Notes: generated from the letters alone by a model not told the origin. DNA of 64,000 bases, filler included, from Catajapyx aquilonaris (GCA_000934665.2; 4 parts of 4 records of this genome joined end to end with filler, not necessarily neighbours in it), one strand, 5' to 3'. Positions 1 through 11,855 are shown, numbered from the whole stretch's first letter. Translations and numbers: made by a program.

Positions 1-780
1 TAATATTGTAGTGGACCCCTTGCCACCAGCAGGGACCATGGCCAGACGAGGCAGTGCCCGAGTTCCAGAACACGTCAGTTCTCTCTAACCTTTTATTTTA
101 GACTGAACACTATTCTTGTTGCTACACAACAATAACACAATGTGGCCAACAGGACCACTACAATAGAATTATAATTGGCTAGGTGTGTTTGTGGGGTGGG
201 AGGCATGGGTTTGCTTGGGGAGGAGGGTGTGGGCTACCAAAGGAGTCTTACATGTGTCGTACTCTCACCAGTGATCATTCCAACTTGAATATCAACATTT
301 GCACTGAGCAAGGTGGGGCGATTTGCATGTTGGGTGTACCCATCATAATGACGACATATATGGAGGGGGTCTCACTTAAGAGGCCCAATCTTCCGTAGTA
401 TTATACTAGCCAACAGAACTGATATGGACACATGTAGTTCACATGTAGGGCTACAACATACGTGAAAACCAGCGAAAAATAAAGGGGTATAATTATAAAA
501 ATTAAATGTTTAGCAATTTTAATCTTTTTAATGCAAAAATTTAAAATTTTAAAATCAACCATAGAATACGATTATATCAACCTTTCTGAGTAAATAGATA
601 TCAAAAGCACATCTGTCTCACGATTAGTTGCGGAGAAACAGCCAAAAGAAAAAGGCTCAAAATTACCACTCCCCAAAAAACGGGTAAAAATCAAAATATT
701 TCTAAACGCTTTGGTACAATGTTTTAGCAGCGCTAGGGCACCATAACCTGTGAATATCATTCAAATCCGCCACATCAAGG

Positions 781-927
781 GTATCAACAGTGCAAAAAGA
801 ACTGTCCCAGTCATCCTGACGTGTGGGCTGGCCGCTCGACACACACCATGTAAGTTACATGGTGTGTGTCGAGCGGGCAGCACACACATCAGGATGACTG
901 GGACAATTCTTTTTGAACTGATGATAC
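781..927. repeat. Near-perfect ~147-nt palindrome (arms ~73 nt, centre near 854)
   Basis: GTATCAACAGTGCAAAAAGAACTGTCCCAGTCATCCTGA...CATGTAA-G-TTACATG...TCAGGATGACTGGGACAATTCTTTTTGAACTGATGATAC; the ORF track gives near-identical peptides on both strands (750..944 +, 761..961 -). Confidence 0.85.
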
Positions 928-1852
928 AAAGGGGGTCCCGCTGACATGGAATGACCCCCATGGATTGTGGGTAACTTGCTCATATAAGTTCATGCCAGTT
1001 GACACTGCAATAAATAATCTCTCTCGTAACTAGCAAAATATGGACACCATTTTTAGATGTATGGAGAAAAGCAAAAGTTTGCTCCAACACAGGACGAACA
1101 TGTCAATATGGTACAGGCTACAAACTATTTGGGGAAGAAAATTGATACCATGTCCAGGTCGGTCACATGCAGAACGGCATTCACTTGCAGAAGTGTGCAG
1201 CACTACCAGCCTTACGGGGTTCGCCTAAGTCACAGGGTAGTATTTCATCAACATTGTGTTGCTGGTAAACCCTGTCGTTTAACAGTGATGCAAAGGATGA
1301 AGCTTACATAAAAGTAGAGAGGCCGTGTAAAACTTTTTTTATTGTTTAGTTTTAGTAAACTTGTATGGAAACACACACCTTCAGTTTCGACATAGAAGCA
1401 TGCAGTGGTGCATGGCATGAATGGATTTTGGAATGGGGTGAGTGACATGGATGGCATCACATAATACTGTACCATCCTTGTCCAATTCAGCTGGCCTCGT
1501 TTCCTCCCTCACATTCAAACACCCTTCCCTCGATGTGACATGCAGGAGGAATGTGGCAGATTTGATGAAGTTGCAGTGATTAATTGCATAGGGTGTAAAT
1601 ATTTCTTGCTTAATGCATTGCAAAAAAATGTTATTTATGTTTTGATGTATTTTGGCCAAATAAGCTTATCACTGCAGACAAGTGCTTTTACCTTTTACAG
1701 CCTGTTAGTGCCATTGTACAGTTCCACACTACAGCTACTACATATTTTGCTCTTTAAGTTCAGAACTGACAGCATAATAGAGAGGCTGTAAGGTACAATA
1801 GGGCACTGGCAGGGTTTTTTTTTAATTTAAAAAAAAAGCACTTGCATGCAGT

Positions 1853-1855
<3 letters not shown>

Positions 1856-1892
<37 letters not shown>

Positions 1893-2206
1893 CACGTTAC
1901 ATACTCCTTAGGGGGGGTGGGTTACCACCTTTGGAAATTTGTGTTGGAGCGGGTTTAAGAATAATCTTAATTAGTATGCTCCAAGGGTGGGTGGGAGGGG
2001 ATGTGCAAAGTGCAAGTGCAATGTCTCTAATCGTCATTTTGTGAACTCCCCCGGGTGGCTTAGTCTGTCGGAAATTGCCACCCGAAACGAAGCCAGAGAT
2101 GGCCCAACTCTGCACGAAAGAAGGTGGGAACCCCGGGTGGGGATTGAACCCGGGACCTTAACTTCCGTGGGCGCGCGCGTTACCGCGGCGCCACTCCGTC
2201 TCCCCA
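1856..2206 (-). mobile_element. Full-length tRNA-derived SINE with poly(A) tail and 13-bp TSD
   Basis: Minus-strand head GGGGAGACGGAGTGGCGCCGCGG (A box-like)...GGTTCAATCCC (B box); T-run 1855-1888 is the poly(A) tail; TGCATGCAGTAAT repeated at 1843-1855 and 2207-2219; related copies at ~7.2-7.5 kb and 32.5 kb. Confidence 0.9.
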
Positions 2207-2491
2207 TGCATGCAGTAATATTTGGCCAGTAGTACCTCTCATTGTCAGTGTTGCTTTTCATGACACGAACAACAGAATATATTGTTAACGAAGAATGGCA
2301 AAGAACACACCCTCTATATCTGGATGGACTGTCCTTGTAGAATTTAAGAGTTCTGAAGATCAGCATTTGAAATTGGCAAAAAATGCACATTTTGGTGGTG
2401 GCAATACTTCTATTTTTATTTAACCAGTCTGTGATGCAATTAATTTTTTAAAAAAGGCTCTCATGTGAGGAGTATTAACAGTTATCGTGTA

Positions 2492-3432
2492 AGGGAGATT
2501 GGGGTCCCTTGTAACACTTTTCAGTCTGGATTTTTTAATTCAGTTACAAATGCATTTAGCCAAAGGTTCATGATGTGGGGGAAAGAAGGCATCATTCCTC
2601 TTCGTAAAATTAACATTATAAAATCTTAAGATAAAAAATTGATAGATTTGTAAATATTTTTCCAAGGCAAGGCAGAGTGTCACAACGACCCCACCATCGC
2701 ATCGGTTGTAACGGAGGGTGAGGTCGATTGTAACACTATGTCAGGGGAAAATGTAATATGGAAGAACAGTAGTTTACACCCACTCATCTTCTCAACAATA
2801 TTGTCTTGTAGCCTACTTGCTCCACCTAGATTACTCTTTATCTCTCGATACACTGGAATTTATTCAGCAGACGAGTATTCCAAGAAAATTGATTTTTTAT
2901 TGATATAATTTTTCGACAAACTGATCATAAGAGGCTTTATTGCAGAAAATTATAACTATTTCTACTCTCAATATCCTGTGAGATATGTAGGTGCAACATC
3001 TATACATAGACTTGACCTTTCTCTCATGATTTTACCATGTTACAATATTGACCCCAAAGAATAAGCTGTTACAACCGTCCCCATTGCGTGTTGCTTACTG
3101 CTTTTCTTATGCTTACTGTGCACATGATTTGGTCATCCATACATTCAGTGTGACCCCAATAAAGGAACCTCATGATACCAAGCCATATTCAATAACACCT
3201 CTACCCCCTGCATAATCACTTGATTACTGCCACTCACAAAAGTTTGGAACACACCTTGATTTTCGTTTTTATGCATATAGAATAACAAAAAAAAGTAGTC
3301 TTAAGTTTCCCCCGGCCAGGTCGATGATACTGGCACACGTACCCTGTGAGTTTCAGCTTCAGGGCCTTTAAAACATATTTATTATTGGCAATGTTACAAC
3401 CAGACCCTGTTACAACTGACCTAGATCTCCCA
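2492..3432. mobile_element. Degenerate non-autonomous TIR DNA transposon (TA-flanked)
   Basis: Imperfect 25-bp TIRs TA|AGGGAGATTGGGGTCCCTTGTAACA and TGTTACAACTGACCTAGATCTCCCA|TA; internal GTTACAA/TTGTAAC repeats; no coding capacity. Confidence 0.55.
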
Positions 3433-3532
3433 TACCATAGTTTCAAAAATGTTGTTTTCCACAAAGTAACAAACAGTAGGGCATGCAAAGGATCAACATG
3501 ACTACTCTTGAACATGAATTTAATTAAATATA

Positions 3533-4895
3533 TCTAATACATATTTCAAGACCTATATCTGTCTGTCTGTCTGTCACCTAAACAGATCCATACGGAGGCC
3601 TCCACATATGCCCCAGGGGTATCACCAGGGGTAGTTTTTTACCGGGAAGGTTCTTAGCGCATTGGAATTGACCTCCGAGGTCATCCTTGGCCACAGGAGG
3701 CGAAAAGTACTTTGGAACACTCTTCTAATAATGAGCAATTGGCTGTAAACATCACCTGTCTTGGGTTACCGAGGCAACCACTGAATGCCCAAGGCCTTGA
3801 ATCACCTCCTCCCACCTTCCCCCCCCCNNNNNNNNNNNNNNNNCCTCCTGTCCCATGCACCCACCCTCCCACTCCCCCCCACCATCCCCGTTCCTTAATA
3901 ATTAACTGTCCATATTTCATTATATTACAAACACAACAAAAAAAACACGTTCCCACGGCAACGACGTTCCATCGCGGTCAACAAGCAGTTCCATAATCTA
4001 CAGCGGCGCATTAGCAAAAGAAATACGGTAACAATGAAGCTCTTGGCGACGACCTAAACAAACTCGCTTATGCATGGGCAGCATATGGGGATTCGACATG
4101 TCTACGCTTCTGCGGCCGTACGGGCGCAAAAATGGTGCAATGGACACAGACATTGCACCAAAAAATAGGACATGATCAGGCGCAGGGCACCTTCGTCGTC
4201 ATTTGACCATTTTCGGCCTAGAAGTGACCTTTTCATCGAGTTGAAGTGAGAGGAAAATGGCGTTCCCCAAAAGTCCATTTGAATCACATGCGGCAGGAAA
4301 CGCGACAAAGTCGGGAACGCTTCTGCGTCCATATGTCCACAATTTTAATGCAATCATATCGAGTATGGTACCATATAGTAAAGGCCAAACCTTTGCGCAG
4401 GACCCAGGGCACCTTCTTCGTGATTTTTCCGATTAACGGTGCGTTTCGCCACAAAAATATAAAATTCCCTCAAAAATGCACCTACCGTATATTTACTAAT
4501 GCGCCCCCTTAACCTTAACGTGGTGGTGGGCCTTGAGTTCTCCAGCGACCCCATAGCTGCCTGCTAGCACAGTCATCCAGGCCAAATTGGCCATTTTGGG
4601 GTTGGGGAATGACTAAGAGAGGTGCCAGTCTTTCAATGCTATTCTACATTTACTGCAAAACCTTCAATTTTTCATGACATACTTTTGCTGGATTTTTAAG
4701 GTGTATTGTGTACTCTCTCTTACAATCTGACATCCGCAGTTTGGTGTTTGGACTTCATGCACAGTCATGCAATATGCTCCATGTAACAGGTATGCCAACA
4801 TTGTATAGCCATAATTATTTCAAAGGTTACTACCAAATCAATGACCTACATGGAAAAGTATTTCATAACCCGAGCAACGCCGGGTATCCTGCTAG
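3533..4895 (+). mobile_element. Non-autonomous Helitron-like element
   Basis: 5' A|TC start followed by (GTCT)n at ~3561; 3' hairpin CCCGAGCAACGCCGGG (~4869-4884) then CTAG|T at 4892-4896, the canonical Helitron end. Pairing of the two ends is inferred. Confidence 0.6.
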
Positions 4896-5510
4896 TGTTT
4901 TAATAATATGTGACTACAGTATTGGACATGATCTGTCATTGCTGTAAAATTTGAAATTCTAATCCCTGCACTTTCCAATTTCCTGCTGTGGTTCTTCAAA
5001 AGTTGAAAAATTGGACCTTCGCTTATTTCAAATTCTGATTTTTGCAATGTTGTGAAAATCAGAGTTAACAGTTCAGGTAAACCTGACAGGAAAAAACTGA
5101 AGACATTCAAGTGCAGCCTGCACGTGAATCAAATGCAAAATCATCTCTATGTTTTTGAGCGATATAGTACATGACAGGCAAAACTTGGGAGAATCCCAAT
5201 TGTTTCGTTGTGGGGTTTGGTAAAAGAATATTTTCTACACGGTCAAGGTCAGAAATGAAGGTGAAGAACGTTGACAGACCTCAAAAGGGATGCTGTGGTT
5301 GCATCAACATCTTGGAATATCACCTATCATTATTTCATAATACAACTCGAAGCTGCCACCATACGATGCATGGGCCACCTGCCTGTACCATTGAAAATTC
5401 AGGAACACAAAAACAGGACAAGAGTGGGACTGGCATGGCTACCTTTTAACTGGTTTTATTACATTATTCGAAAACATGGAACATACTGGAGCTGGGTTGC
5501 CAGCTTGTAG

Positions 5511-6253
5511 TCACAGCCGTATGATACCTCTGTTTGCCGGTCTGGCTGAAATGGGCAGTTTATTCAAGAATGGATTCCTGATGACCTTGTCTGATCCCTC
5601 GACTTCTATCTCCTCGTACATCCACTTCCGGCCGTTCCTGCACTCGTGTCCGCACTTGTTGGAGCGGCAATTGGAGCACGGGAAGAAGCATCCAGGGCAG
5701 GTCAGATCCAGGCAGTCGCAGAGGTCACACCCGTCAGCGATGGTCAAACGGCCATGCTCGTCATACAAGGTCGGACTTATTGGCTCACTGCTGGGAAGAG
5801 AAGAAGTAGAACTGGGGTATAAAGACAATGGGGAAGAAAAAAACAGGGGAATTATTTGTGGAAATAACCTAACCAGACATGAACTTACAGCTCAGCATAG
5901 ACCTTAGATTTTTGTGCCAGCTTCCTACGCTCCCTATTGCTATCATCAGGGTTGAAGTTCTGCAGAAACTTGGTGGACTCATCATTGGTCCGCTTGTTCA
6001 ACTGGGCCAGCCTGCTGGTGTTACGCCTGACCTGCTGCTTGGCTCGAGACAGCTCCTTCCTGCTTTCTTCCAGCAGCTGTGGGGACGAAATCTATCATTA
6101 TAGTATAAGGCAGAGTTTGTCTGTCTGTATGTTTGTCAAGACCTGAGTTGCATCCTTGCCGGTGGCGGCCTGGCTGCTTCCTTCGTCCTCGGACTTCACA
6201 CCGCCCTTGGTCACCTTTCCGCCCTTGGTCACCTTTCCGCCCTCAGCCATCAT
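5511..6253 (-). CDS. ARL14EP: ARL14 effector protein (ARF7EP C-terminal Cys-rich domain), 3 exons, ~199 aa
   Basis: Exons 6253-6143, 6076-5889 and 5811-5511 (alternative acceptors 5790/5787), GT-AG introns, frames consistent. Contains FLQNFNPDDSNRERRKL and YDEHGRL..DGCDLCDCLDLTCPGCFFPCSNCRSNKCGHECRNGRKWMYEEIEVEG, matching the ARL14EP C-terminal motif. AATAAA on minus strand at 5455-5460. Confidence 0.9.
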
Positions 6254-6820
6254 GCAGCCTACAACAATTTGTTTCTCGCCTGACTTAAAATAACGGTCTT
6301 AGCTTAAAAGCGTGACGAAGGGCTTTTCACAAGACTAACCGGCCCTGCTACTAAACCAGACGAAATAGAACGTCAGACGGACCGTGGTCAGACCGGGTCA
6401 GACGCAAAACGCAATTCAGCCCGCCAAGTACGATTGACTGAGCCGTAAGGCGTAGCTGCTTGTAGATATAAGCTGCTTTTGATAGCTGTCACTGGGGGTT
6501 TCAAATATTGGGCGGAAATTACTTTCTTGTCAAATCATGGCATTTTCCAAGGCTACTGCCAGTTAAACAGGGATTTCTGCATAATCGTAACGATCAATAT
6601 CGAATATGTAAATATCTTCTATATCAATAAAGACGGATGTGATTCTGTCCATTCAGCGCCCTCCTGCTGCCTCCTGCGAAGATTTCGGAGAATTCATGTT
6701 GGCAACACTGGTTGTGGCTAAAGCATGGGCTAAAGTCACGGCATGACAATGGCTCACCTCCAATCGTGACTTTGTGAGGTGAGGCTGCTGCCTGTCTTGC
6801 TTGAGTGACTCACAGACGCA
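6254..6820. promoter_or_regulatory. Putative bidirectional promoter and 5' UTRs between ARL14EP and the GNPTG-like gene
   Basis: 567 nt between divergent ATGs (6253 -, 6821 +); CpG-containing, no TE recognised although the flanks are TE-rich. Function inferred from geometry only. Confidence 0.55.
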
Positions 6821-8715
6821 ATGCGGCTCTTACTCTTATTGGTGATCACCAGCCTTTTATCATCACTGAGCTGGAGTGAACGGGTTTCTATGCGTGTTGT
6901 GGAGGATGTGGTGAATTACGGGTAGGATCTTGTAACTGATACTTGCATTTCTCCGAGGTATTTACAGTAAAACTTCTATAAGGGCCGGTTTCACCGAGCT
7001 CAGTATATGATAAAACCAGGGTATTTCTCAAAATCCCTATCTATTTGTATGGATTTTCCTAAAGAAACCTGGTTTTATCATATACCAAGTTCGGTGAAAC
7101 CGGCCCTAAGTCGAATCTCCATGGGACCGGGAAAAAACTTCGCGTTATAGAAGATTCGAGTTAGAGAAGTTTGGAATTTTTTAAGCACATAATAATAATA
7201 TAATAATAATAATTGTGGGATAGTGCTCACCCTTGCGGGCATCAGCGGCTTTATTGTCAAGTTGGTGCATGTTTGGAACCTTTTGGCGAATCGCCCGCGC
7301 CCATGGGGGGGATGACAGGAGGGGATGTGAAAAGTGCAGTGCAATGCGGTACGAGGTCATTTTGTTAACTCCCCCGGGTGGATTTGTCTATTGGATATTC
7401 CTTCCAGAAACGAAGCCAGAGACGACCCACACTCAGCAAGAGATGAAGGGGGTGACCCGGGGCGGGATTAGATCCCGGGACCTTAACATCCGTGGGTGCA
7501 CACGTTACCGCGGCGCCACTCCGTCTCCCCCTTTCAAGCACATAAATCTATAAGGATGCCTACCTTTATATCCAGCGATGAAAGGTGTTCAAAACTTTAA
7601 AATGACTGTGACTATCACACTTACTATGTTCCTCATTGTTTTGTTGTAAAGAAATGTCCGTTATGGACATTTGCCTACTCTTAGATTCAAGGATTCAATT
7701 GTCACAATCGAGTCAAACACTTCTTTTGGTACGTCTGGTATAGATGGAGATCAGAAAATTGAGCCTTTCTATACATGTGGCCTACTCTCGACCCTTCGGC
7801 TGGGAAATGAGACAATTTTCCGTACTCGCCAACGTGAACTTCGACTTAGGGAGACTGAAAATGCATTGATATCCCATCGAAAGGCCCTGCCTGCACTTCG
7901 AGTTATGGAGAACTTCGAGTTATAGAAATTCGAGTTAGGGAAGTTTATTTCCTATTACAGTAAAACTCCTATAAGTCGAATCTCCATGGGACCGGAAAAA
8001 AAATTCGAGATATAGAAGATTCGAGTTAGAGAAGTTTGGAATTTTTTAAGCACATAACCCTACAATGAAGCCTACCTTTATATCCAGTGACGAAAGGTGT
8101 TCAAAACTTAAAAATAACTGTGACTATCACACCTACTATGTTCCTCATTGTTTTGTTGTAAAGAAATGTCTGTTATGGACATTTGCCTACTCTTAGATTC
8201 AAGGATTCAATTGTCACAATCGAGTCAAACACTTCTTTTGGTACGTCTGGTAGACGGAGATCAGGAAATTGAGCCTTTCTGTACATGTGGCCTACTCTCG
8301 ACCCTTCGGCTGGGAAATGAGAACATTTTCCGTACTCGCCAACATGAACTTCGACTTAGGGAGACTGAAAATGCATTGATATCCCATCGAAAGGCCCTGC
8401 CTGCACTTCCAGTTATGGAGAACTTCGAGTTATAGAAATTCGAGTTAGGGAAGTTTATTTCCTATTATTTTACATTGTGACCAACCAAGCTCATCATTTT
8501 CTTCGACTTATAGAGAACTTCGACTTAGAGAAGTTCGACTTATAGAAATTTTACTGTATTTCACTTCATCATCTTGATAGGTTCGACCCGGGGCACCAGC
8601 ACGTGAATGGGGATGTGGAACCACAACTGATGTTACGAAGACAGCCCGCCATGATTTCAGGACCAGAACAATTTTTAAGACTGGCAGGCCAGTGCTTCAA
8701 GTGGAATAGTGAGAA
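6821..8715 (+). CDS. GNPTG: GlcNAc-1-phosphotransferase gamma subunit-like (MRH domain protein), 5' part only: exons 1-2
   Basis: Exon 1 6821-6921 MRLLLLLVITSLLSSLSWSERVSMRVVEDVVNYG (signal peptide; donor GG|GTAGG). Exon 2 8581-8715 FDPGHQHVNGDVEPQLMLRRQPAMISGPEQFLRLAGQCFKWNSE (acceptor TTGATAG, donor AA|GTATGT); phase-2 join is in frame. Resembles recalled vertebrate GNPTG N-terminus (MKVVEE..FG; PSPVSGPVHLFRLSGKCF). Downstream exons not found in this contig. Confidence 0.75.
6982..7106. mobile_element. PIF/Harbinger-type MITE (125 bp) nested in pogo-like copy 1
   Basis: ~40-bp TIRs GGGCCGGTTTCACCGA...TCGGTGAAACCGGCCC; TAA duplicated at 6979-6981 and 7107-7109; empty site CCTATAAGTCGAA seen in copy 2. 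Confidence 0.85.
7193..7531 (-). mobile_element. tRNA-derived SINE with (TTA)n tail nested in pogo-like copy 1
   Basis: Same head as the 1856-2206 SINE; (TAA)n at ~7190-7212; TSD AAGCACATAA at 7183-7192 and 7536-7545; empty site TTTTAAGCACATAACCC in copy 2 (~8045). Confidence 0.88.
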
Positions 8716-9482
8716 GTATGTTGTGGTATAGGGCCAGAGAGAACTTGGGTACTAATGTTACTGGACCTTGTTTGTTTGTGTTGACATTGTTATATGCAAG
8801 TTTGAATACAGTGGAATGTCTTTAACTTGAATCTCCAAGAGGCCATTTAAAAAACTTTAAATTGGGAGGTTTCAAGTTTGAGAAGTTTGCAAAAGTGACA
8901 GTGCTAAACTGTTATTTCCTTGCTGTTTAATGGTAAGGAAAGGGTCAGCATGGCGGTGTAGTGGTACTGCCACTGCCTCTGAGATTCCATGTTTCATCCC
9001 CAAATCGAAAGGATATTCTCATGTAGAAATAGTTTCGATGAGTTCTCTCCGGGTTGACATGGGTTTGTTTGGGGCTCTCCCATTTCCTTCCACAATCAAC
9101 ATCCATTGCAGAACAGGCAATGATTAGTCAGTTGTTGAAGCAGCTCATTCAGTGTAGAGAGCAGTGGATCCCAACCTTTTTTTGCTCACCCATACCCACA
9201 CCAAAATTTTGAAGGCACCCCGAACTTGCGAATATAGTCGTAGGCAATATTTTGTCATAGTGAAAGGTGAAATTCATGTGTTTTTCTGGTTCTTTGTCTG
9301 CTTGGAAGAAAGCACATTTCCAGAAAAAACGTGGTTCTCAAGAATTCGTGAGATACAGTGGATTTTGCAAGGATCTGAGGAAGCTGTATTTTGTAAGTGA
9401 TATCGACGAGGTTTTGGGAGCATAAAGGTTTCTTTGCATGGGGAAAACAATGGTCACGCTGGCAATTATGAATTATGAAATA

Positions 9483-9885
9483 CAGGGTGGACCAACTTCA
9501 AGTGTCGTTTTATAACGGCGATTAATAGCAGTGATTTTGCGATGACGTAGCAGCGACATGTAAAATGACCCACTTCGGCGCCATCGAAAATATTAGCTGC
9601 CAATAGCAGCACACACTGCTGCTGGGTTGACCTGGAAAAAAAGTAGGTGCACACATGACCTGAGATGCGCCTGGGTGAAATGCCTTGTTTGCGGACTGCC
9701 GGATTGGCATTGGTGCCGCATGTGGTTGCACTCGTTGCAGCAGGTTCATTACATGTACGCTAATATTGGCAGCTAATATTTTCGATGCGCCAAAGTGGGA
9801 CATTTTACACGTCGCTGCTACATCAATCGTAAAGCACTTCTATTAATAGCCGTTATAAAACGACACTTGAAGTTGGTCCACCCTG
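9483..9885. mobile_element. Tc1/mariner-type MITE with long TIRs
   Basis: TA|CAGGGTGGACCAACTTCAAGTGTCGTTTTATAACGGC...GCCGTTATAAAACGACACTTGAAGTTGGTCCACCCTG|TA; imperfect inverted arms ~120 bp. Confidence 0.88.
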
Positions 9886-10043
9886 TATAATGGCACACCA
9901 AAGCAGTTTGGAGGAGGGGATATGGTGTCCGACTGCTAATCGGGAGGTCCTGGGATCAAATCCTGGGGCAGGCAACTCTGACCGTGGTTTTCTGTGGTTT
10001 TCCACGGTCCTTCCAGGAAAATTCCGGAGTTGTTTCCGTAATT

Positions 10044-10412
10044 GAAGGGGTCGGTGCAATACTGCCCTAACCCACCAAATGACACAAATTGAGTTTCGTG
10101 CACTTCCATATACTACACTCAAATATCTAATAAAGTACACTGAGATTGTCCAGTTTCTGCCATTTGTCGGTGAGAAATCAAACAATGTTTTTATTGCTCC
10201 AAGGTTATGAATGCCTTTTCTGCAGCAAAACCGCCCTAACCCTCCGTCTTCAAATATTGCAGCGCGCAGGATGCAGCTGCGAGCAGCTGTGTCTCACGAG
10301 TTGGGCTTAAATAGTGAGCTTTTTCCTGATGACACCGATGTGGATGAGAGTACCTAAGATTCAGAGTTCGATCCTGATAATAATGATGTGCAAAGTAGTA
10401 GTCCATTGCAGC

Positions 10413-10474
<62 letters not shown>

Positions 10475-11698
10475 CGTAGTTGGGTCATTCCATGTCAAGA
10501 CAGACAACTTGGTGGCTCGACCATCTCATAATTTGATATAAAAATCATTGAAGTGTTGCCAAAAATAAAGTTAAGAGCCTCCCAGGTGAAAATCCCACTG
10601 AGATATGGCAACGTCTTTCAGCAACAATGGAGCCGGAAGGACCATTATTAAGGTGAAGTTATTGTTGTACCCTCATGTTCATATTATATCAAATGAACTG
10701 ACGTAAGATGAGGAACATTTTGGTGGCAACGGGTTAGCCTAGATTGTAAAATTAAAATGCTAAAAAAAAATCGCATTATTGTGCAAAACGGACACATTTC
10801 ATATGGTCCAATGTCATTGTTAAATACATGCTAAGCATGTGGAATTAATATGGTAGGTACATTGTCATCTGATCATCAGTAGTCATTACTACTGCAGGAC
10901 AACATCAAGGTCAAGCAGACTTGGAGATAATAAATCTGAAATGTCGGAAAAAGCCCTCTATAGGCTACTCCACGTTATTTGATGTTGCGAGTGAACCATT
11001 CATGGTAAGTGAACAGTTCTTATACCGCTATGTTATGCATGAAAAGACGTTTCTGCGATAACTTAAAAATTGACCCAGCCCCACACTGAGAAAAATGACC
11101 CCAAAGATGACCAAATTAGTGGAAAACAGACATTTCAGAAGTTTTATTTCCAAGACTGCTTGACCTGTGATGTTGTCCTTCGACAGTATAGTAATGATCA
11201 GATGACAATGTATAGCTACCATATTAATTCCACACCCTTAGCATGTGTTTAACCATGACATTGGACAATGTGAAATGTGTCCGTTTTGCTCAATAATGCG
11301 ATTTTTTTTAACATTTTTATTTTACAATCTAGGTTAAACCAGTTGCCACCAAAATGTTCCTCATCTCACGACAGTTCATTTGATATCATTTATATGAACA
11401 TTAAACTAACTTGTGATACGTTCTTGACCAATTTAGTTCGCATTACAAGTTGGGTGCAATACTGCCCTAACCCTTTTTTTCACACGCGGCCACCTTATTT
11501 TGTTCATTCTTAGAGTGGGTGGTGCATCATCATCATCATAATAGCACGTAAATGTTCCTTATTAGTGCCTTGTATATTGGGGTAGAAATGAAAATTGTCC
11601 CATGGAAAATGTGATTTATGGGTCATCTCAAACTTTCAAATGCGTTTTTCTCGAAATCAGGTTTGGGAGGGTTAGGGCAGTATTGCACCGACCCCTTC
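10044..11698. mobile_element. 1655-bp TIR DNA transposon derivative with AATT flanks (possibly Sola-like)
   Basis: Perfect 30-bp TIR GAAGGGGTCGGTGCAATACTGCCCTAACCC (10044-10073 and 11669-11698); AATT at 10040-10043 and 11699-11702; internal ~270-bp inverted repeat (~10677-10945 and ~11129-11400). Superfamily is inferred. Confidence 0.8.
10413..10474. repeat. (AAT)n microsatellite, ~20 units
   Basis: Direct reading. Confidence 0.95.
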
Positions 11699-11855
11699 AA
11701 TTAATAGACCACAGCCGCTTCCTTCCGTCCCTATCCTATCCCAAAGAGCACAGTAAAATGAAAAGCAAGGAGTTCCAGGCAAAACAAACTTCCCCCCTAA
11801 AGAGCCGATGGCTGATAACGGGGTATGAATTATTATTATTATTATTATTATTATT

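Larger units (their letters stand above)
6965..8556. mobile_element. pogo/Tigger-like non-autonomous element, partly duplicated (copy 1 6965-7957, 3'-truncated and interrupted; copy 2 7958-8556, complete)
   Basis: TA|CAGTAAAAC..CTATAAGTCGAA left ends at 6965 and 7958; right end TTCGACTTATAGAAATTTTACTG|TA at 8556; many internal TTCGAGTTA/TTCGACTTA repeats; near-identical ORFs 7671..7925 and 8148..8435. Confidence 0.85.
9901..11855 (+). mobile_element. tRNA-derived SINE split by a DNA transposon (parts ~9901-10043 and 11703-11855)
   Basis: tRNA-like head (CCGACTGCTAATCGG anticodon-like arm, GGATCAAATCC B box-like) and GGTTTTCTGTGGTTTTCC body, resuming as TAGACCACAGCCGCTTCCTTCC and ending in (TTA)n at ~11830-11855. 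Confidence 0.65.

Noticed and set aside
2130..2205. tRNA genes here and at ~7460-7530, ~9910-9970, ~11860-11930 and ~32550-32623
   Set aside because: A/B boxes are present but I could not fold complete cloverleaves, and they continue into SINE bodies, some with tails and TSDs.
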